From positions 352,001 to 416,000 of the forward strand of contig CAWBAN010000002.1 of NCBI GenBank assembly GCA_963786935.1: a stretch of DNA of 64,000 bases, in the 5' to 3' direction. Shown piece by piece: positions 61,187 to 64,000 of the stretch. Source of the DNA: an uncultured bacterium (GTDB taxonomy: Bacteria; Krumholzibacteriota; Krumholzibacteriia; Krumholzibacteriales; Krumholzibacteriaceae). Position 1 is the stretch's first letter; each line of letters starts with the position of its first letter. The notes beneath the pieces were generated by a model. That model made no database searches. It was not told the origin of the DNA and was given only the letters and a program-made list of their open reading frames with translations. The position numbers and the translations under genes are program-made.

Positions 61187-62221
61187 ATGAAATGGCGTAA
61201 CCTTTTGATGCCGAAAGAGATCGTTCCGGATACCGAAGCGCAGACTCCGACCTTCGGGCGATTCAAGATCGAGCCGCTCGAGCGGGGATTCGGCAACACG
61301 ATCGGCAATGCCCTTCGTCGCACGCTCCTTTCCTCGATCCAGGGAGCCTCGGTGACGGCGATCAAGATTCAGGGCGTCCAGCACGAGTTCAGCACGATCA
61401 AGGGCGTGAAGGAAGACGTCACGGACATCGTCCTCAACTTGAAGCAGATGATCATGAGGATGCACGGCGACGAGCCGAAGTTCATCCATCTCGACGTGAA
61501 TATGAAGGGGCCGGTCACCGCGGGGGATATCACCGAGGATCCCGAGGTCGAGATCCTGAACAAGGATCTCCTCATCGCCACGTGCACGGAGAAGACGCAC
61601 CTCAAGATCGACATTCTCGTCGGACACGGCCGCGGCTACGTCCCGTCGGAGCTCCACAATCTCGAGGATTTCGAGATCGGCCTCATCCCGATGGATTCGA
61701 ATTTCAGCCCGGTGCTGCACGTGAACTACGTCGTGAAGAACACGCGCGTGGCCCAGCGGACCGATTACGATTCGCTCACCCTCGAGATCACGACGAACGG
61801 GAGCGTGACCCCCGAGGACGCGCTCGGCTACGCGGCGAAGATCATGAAGGATCACATGCTGCTCTTCATACGCTTCGAGGAGGAGCCGGCGGAGGAGGTC
61901 GTGGAGGAAGTCGATCAGGAGATCGAACGCCTGAAGGATCTCCTGAACCGGAGCGTCGAGGAGCTCGAGCTTTCGGTGCGCTCGTCCAACTGCCTCAAGG
62001 CGGCCAACCTGCGCACGCTCGGCGAGCTCGTCCGCAAGACCGAGGGAGACATGCTGAAGTACCGCAACTTCGGCCGGAAGAGCCTCAAGGAGATCGTCGA
62101 CATCCTCGAGGGCATGGGGCTGTCGCTCGGCATGGACATCGACGCGATCCTGCGCGGAGAGAAGAAGCTCGAGAGAAAAATCGAAAAGACTGAGAAGAAG
62201 GAAAAAGAGGAGAAGGAATAA
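61187..62221 (+). CDS. rpoA: RNA polymerase alpha subunit
   Basis: EPLERGFG.TIGNALRR, LSVRS.NCL, NFGRKS. Confidence 0.99.
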   Translation: MKWRNLLMPKEIVPDTEAQTPTFGRFKIEPLERGFGNTIGNALRRTLLSSIQGASVTAIKIQGVQHEFSTIKGVKEDVTDIVLNLKQMIMRMHGDEPKFIHLDVNMKGPVTAGDITEDPEVEILNKDLLIATCTEKTHLKIDILVGHGRGYVPSELHNLEDFEIGLIPMDSNFSPVLHVNYVVKNTRVAQRTDYDSLTLEITTNGSVTPEDALGYAAKIMKDHMLLFIRFEEEPAEEVVEEVDQEIERLKDLLNRSVEELELSVRSSNCLKAANLRTLGELVRKTEGDMLKYRNFGRKSLKEIVDILEGMGLSLGMDIDAILRGEKKLERKIEKTEKKEKEEKE

Positions 62222-62862
62222 TGCGGCACAGACGCGACGGCCGGAAGCTCGGCATCACCGCTGAACATAGAGAAGCGATGCTCGCCAACATGGTCACTTC
62301 GCTCTTCAAGCACGAGCGGATCGAGACGACGACGCCCAAGGCGAGAGAAGCGAGACGCCTCGCCGAGAAGCTCATCACGCACGCGCGGCGCGGCGACCTC
62401 GCCTCAAGGCGGCACGTCGCCCGGACGATTCAGGACGCCGACATTCTGAAGAAGCTCTTCGCGGAAATCGCTCCGCGCTACATCGATCGGCCCGGCGGCT
62501 ACACGCGCATCATCAAGCTCGGCACGGTCCGGGTCGGCGACGGCGGCGCGAAGGCGATCCTCGAGCTCGTCAAGAAGGACGACGAAGGCCGCAAGAAGAA
62601 GAAAACCCCGCGCAAGACCTACCACAAGGTCGAGATGCCCGCCGCTCCGGGCGCCAAGGCGAAGCCGGCGAAGGCAGCCGAGGCGGCCGAGGGCGCGGCT
62701 GAGGCCGCGGCAGCCGAGGCGGCGGCCCCGGCGGAAGGCGCGGCGGCAAGCGAAGCCCCCAAGGCCGAGGCCGCCCACGCGGCGAAGCCGAAAGCGCCGA
62801 AGGCCGAGGGCGAGAAGAAGGCCAAGGCGAAGCCGGCGGACAAGCCGAAGGGGAAGAAGTAA
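62221..62862 (+). CDS. rplQ: 50S ribosomal protein L17 with long Ala/Lys/Glu/Pro tail
   Basis: MRHR, IETT..KA, RPGGYTRI. Confidence 0.97.
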   Translation: MRHRRDGRKLGITAEHREAMLANMVTSLFKHERIETTTPKAREARRLAEKLITHARRGDLASRRHVARTIQDADILKKLFAEIAPRYIDRPGGYTRIIKLGTVRVGDGGAKAILELVKKDDEGRKKKKTPRKTYHKVEMPAAPGAKAKPAKAAEAAEGAAEAAAAEAAAPAEGAAASEAPKAEAAHAAKPKAPKAEGEKKAKAKPADKPKGKK

Positions 62863-62892
62863 TAACCTCCCTGGCATCGGTGTAGTGCTATC

Positions 62893-63912
62893 TTGGTCCT
62901 GACGAACGTAATTCTCCCCGTATTCTTCATCATTTTCCTGGGATTTCTCCTGAGGAAGCTCGGAAAGGTCGACCTCAAGACCTTTTCGCGCGCCCAGCTC
63001 TATATCCTCTCGCCGGCGCTCGCGTTCATGTCGCTCGCCAAGCCCGAGGCGGATACGGGGCTCCTCCTGCAGGTGCTCGGGTTCGTCGTCTGCGTCGAGG
63101 CGGTGCTCCTCGGCGTCACCCTCGGCGTCGGCTTCATGATGAAACGCGGCCGCGCCGAGCGGCAGGCGATGACGCTCGCCTCCATTCTCATGAACACCGG
63201 GTTCTACGGGATCCCCGTCTGCGTGCTCGCCTTCGGCGACTGGGGGCTCGTCTACGCGACGATCTACATGGTCGCATCGTCGATCACGCAGTCGACGCTC
63301 GGGATCTTCCTCGCGAGCGCGGGGCACGGGAGCTCGAAAGAGGCGCTCGGGAACGTCTTCAAGACGCCGCTCCTCTGGTCGATCGTCGCGGCGCGGCTCC
63401 TCGTGTACGCGCACGCTCTTCCGCCGAAGCCGCTCATGAAGATGATCGACATGCTCGGCGCCTCGGCGATTCCGATCGGGCTCATCCTCCTCGGGATGCA
63501 GCTCGAGCGCATCTGGCTCGAATCGGCCGCGTGGCGCGCGAGCCTCGCGGGACGCGCGGCCGATTTCTCGATCGGGGAGAATCACGAGGGCGCCTCGGCG
63601 GGCGCCGTGTGCGAGCCGGGGCCGGGGGGCGTCGTCGAGCTCAGGCGCGACATCTCGGGCGGGATCGCGGGGGCGGCGATCCGCATCCTCGGCGGCCTCG
63701 TCGTGTCGTACGGCCTCATCCAGCTCTTCCATTTCAGCGCCAACATGAATCAGGTTCTCGTCGTCGAATCGTCGATGCCGACGGCGGTGAACGCGATCGT
63801 CTTCGCCACCGAATACAACTGCCGGCCGCGCCTCGTCGCGGTTGGCATTCTCGCCTCCACGCTCGCGAGCATCGTGAGCATCACGCTCATACTCAAGTAT
63901 CTGGGGGTCTGA
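62893..63912 (+). CDS. AEC (auxin efflux carrier/malate permease) family transporter
   Basis: ILPVF, N.GFYGIP, IP..LI.LG, MPTAVN, STLAS; about 10 TM segments. Confidence 0.88.
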   Translation: MVLTNVILPVFFIIFLGFLLRKLGKVDLKTFSRAQLYILSPALAFMSLAKPEADTGLLLQVLGFVVCVEAVLLGVTLGVGFMMKRGRAERQAMTLASILMNTGFYGIPVCVLAFGDWGLVYATIYMVASSITQSTLGIFLASAGHGSSKEALGNVFKTPLLWSIVAARLLVYAHALPPKPLMKMIDMLGASAIPIGLILLGMQLERIWLESAAWRASLAGRAADFSIGENHEGASAGAVCEPGPGGVVELRRDISGGIAGAAIRILGGLVVSYGLIQLFHFSANMNQVLVVESSMPTAVNAIVFATEYNCRPRLVAVGILASTLASIVSITLILKYLGV

Positions 63913-64000
63913 CGTGACGCCCGAGACCGTTCTCTCTTTCGCTCCGCGGGACGCCCGGGAAGCGGCGGATATTTTCCGCGCGTGCGGCGCCGCCGCGGCC

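Noticed and set aside
63914..64000. Possible start of a further CDS (GTG ACG CCC...) at the window edge
   Set aside because: Only 29 codons visible, with no SD or motif to support a call.

Overview
High-GC bacterial core-genome window, almost all on the + strand. It runs: rho; rpmE-DUF1385-prfA-prmC-murA-selB-ispG; an orphan secreted protein; rqcH (-); yicC-gmk-rpoZ-coaBC-udg-dnaB-mlaEFD-ispD-ispF-gltX-ddl-M42 peptidase-cysS; a three-gene minus-strand protein-sorting locus; tRNA Thr-Tyr-Gly-Thr; tuf-rpmG-secE-nusG-rplKAJL-rpoBC; the str, S10, spc and alpha ribosomal clusters (second tuf); and an AEC-family transporter. The EF-Tu switch-I insertion and MurA 'GGCAWGPRP' loop suggest an FCB-related lineage (Gemmatimonadota/Latescibacterota/Krumholzibacteriota-like); this is inference from recalled signatures. 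No mobile element, prophage or CRISPR array was seen. The best candidate for an undescribed system is 26293-28761: a Cys-rich secreted protein with a non-canonical 'PEPVPLFT'-TM-RRR sorting tail, an exosortase H-like enzyme, and a translationally coupled, catalytically dead exosortase-like partner. These sit behind a ~315-nt leader with an intrinsic terminator overlapped by a 9-codon uORF. Other points of interest: a uORF/alternative-hairpin spacer ahead of fusA, two apparently identical tuf copies with aberrant G-ending codon usage, an RqcH with altered tailing motifs, and many low-complexity ribosomal protein extensions. RNA structures were paired by eye, and several start codons were chosen from Shine-Dalgarno (SD) spacing.
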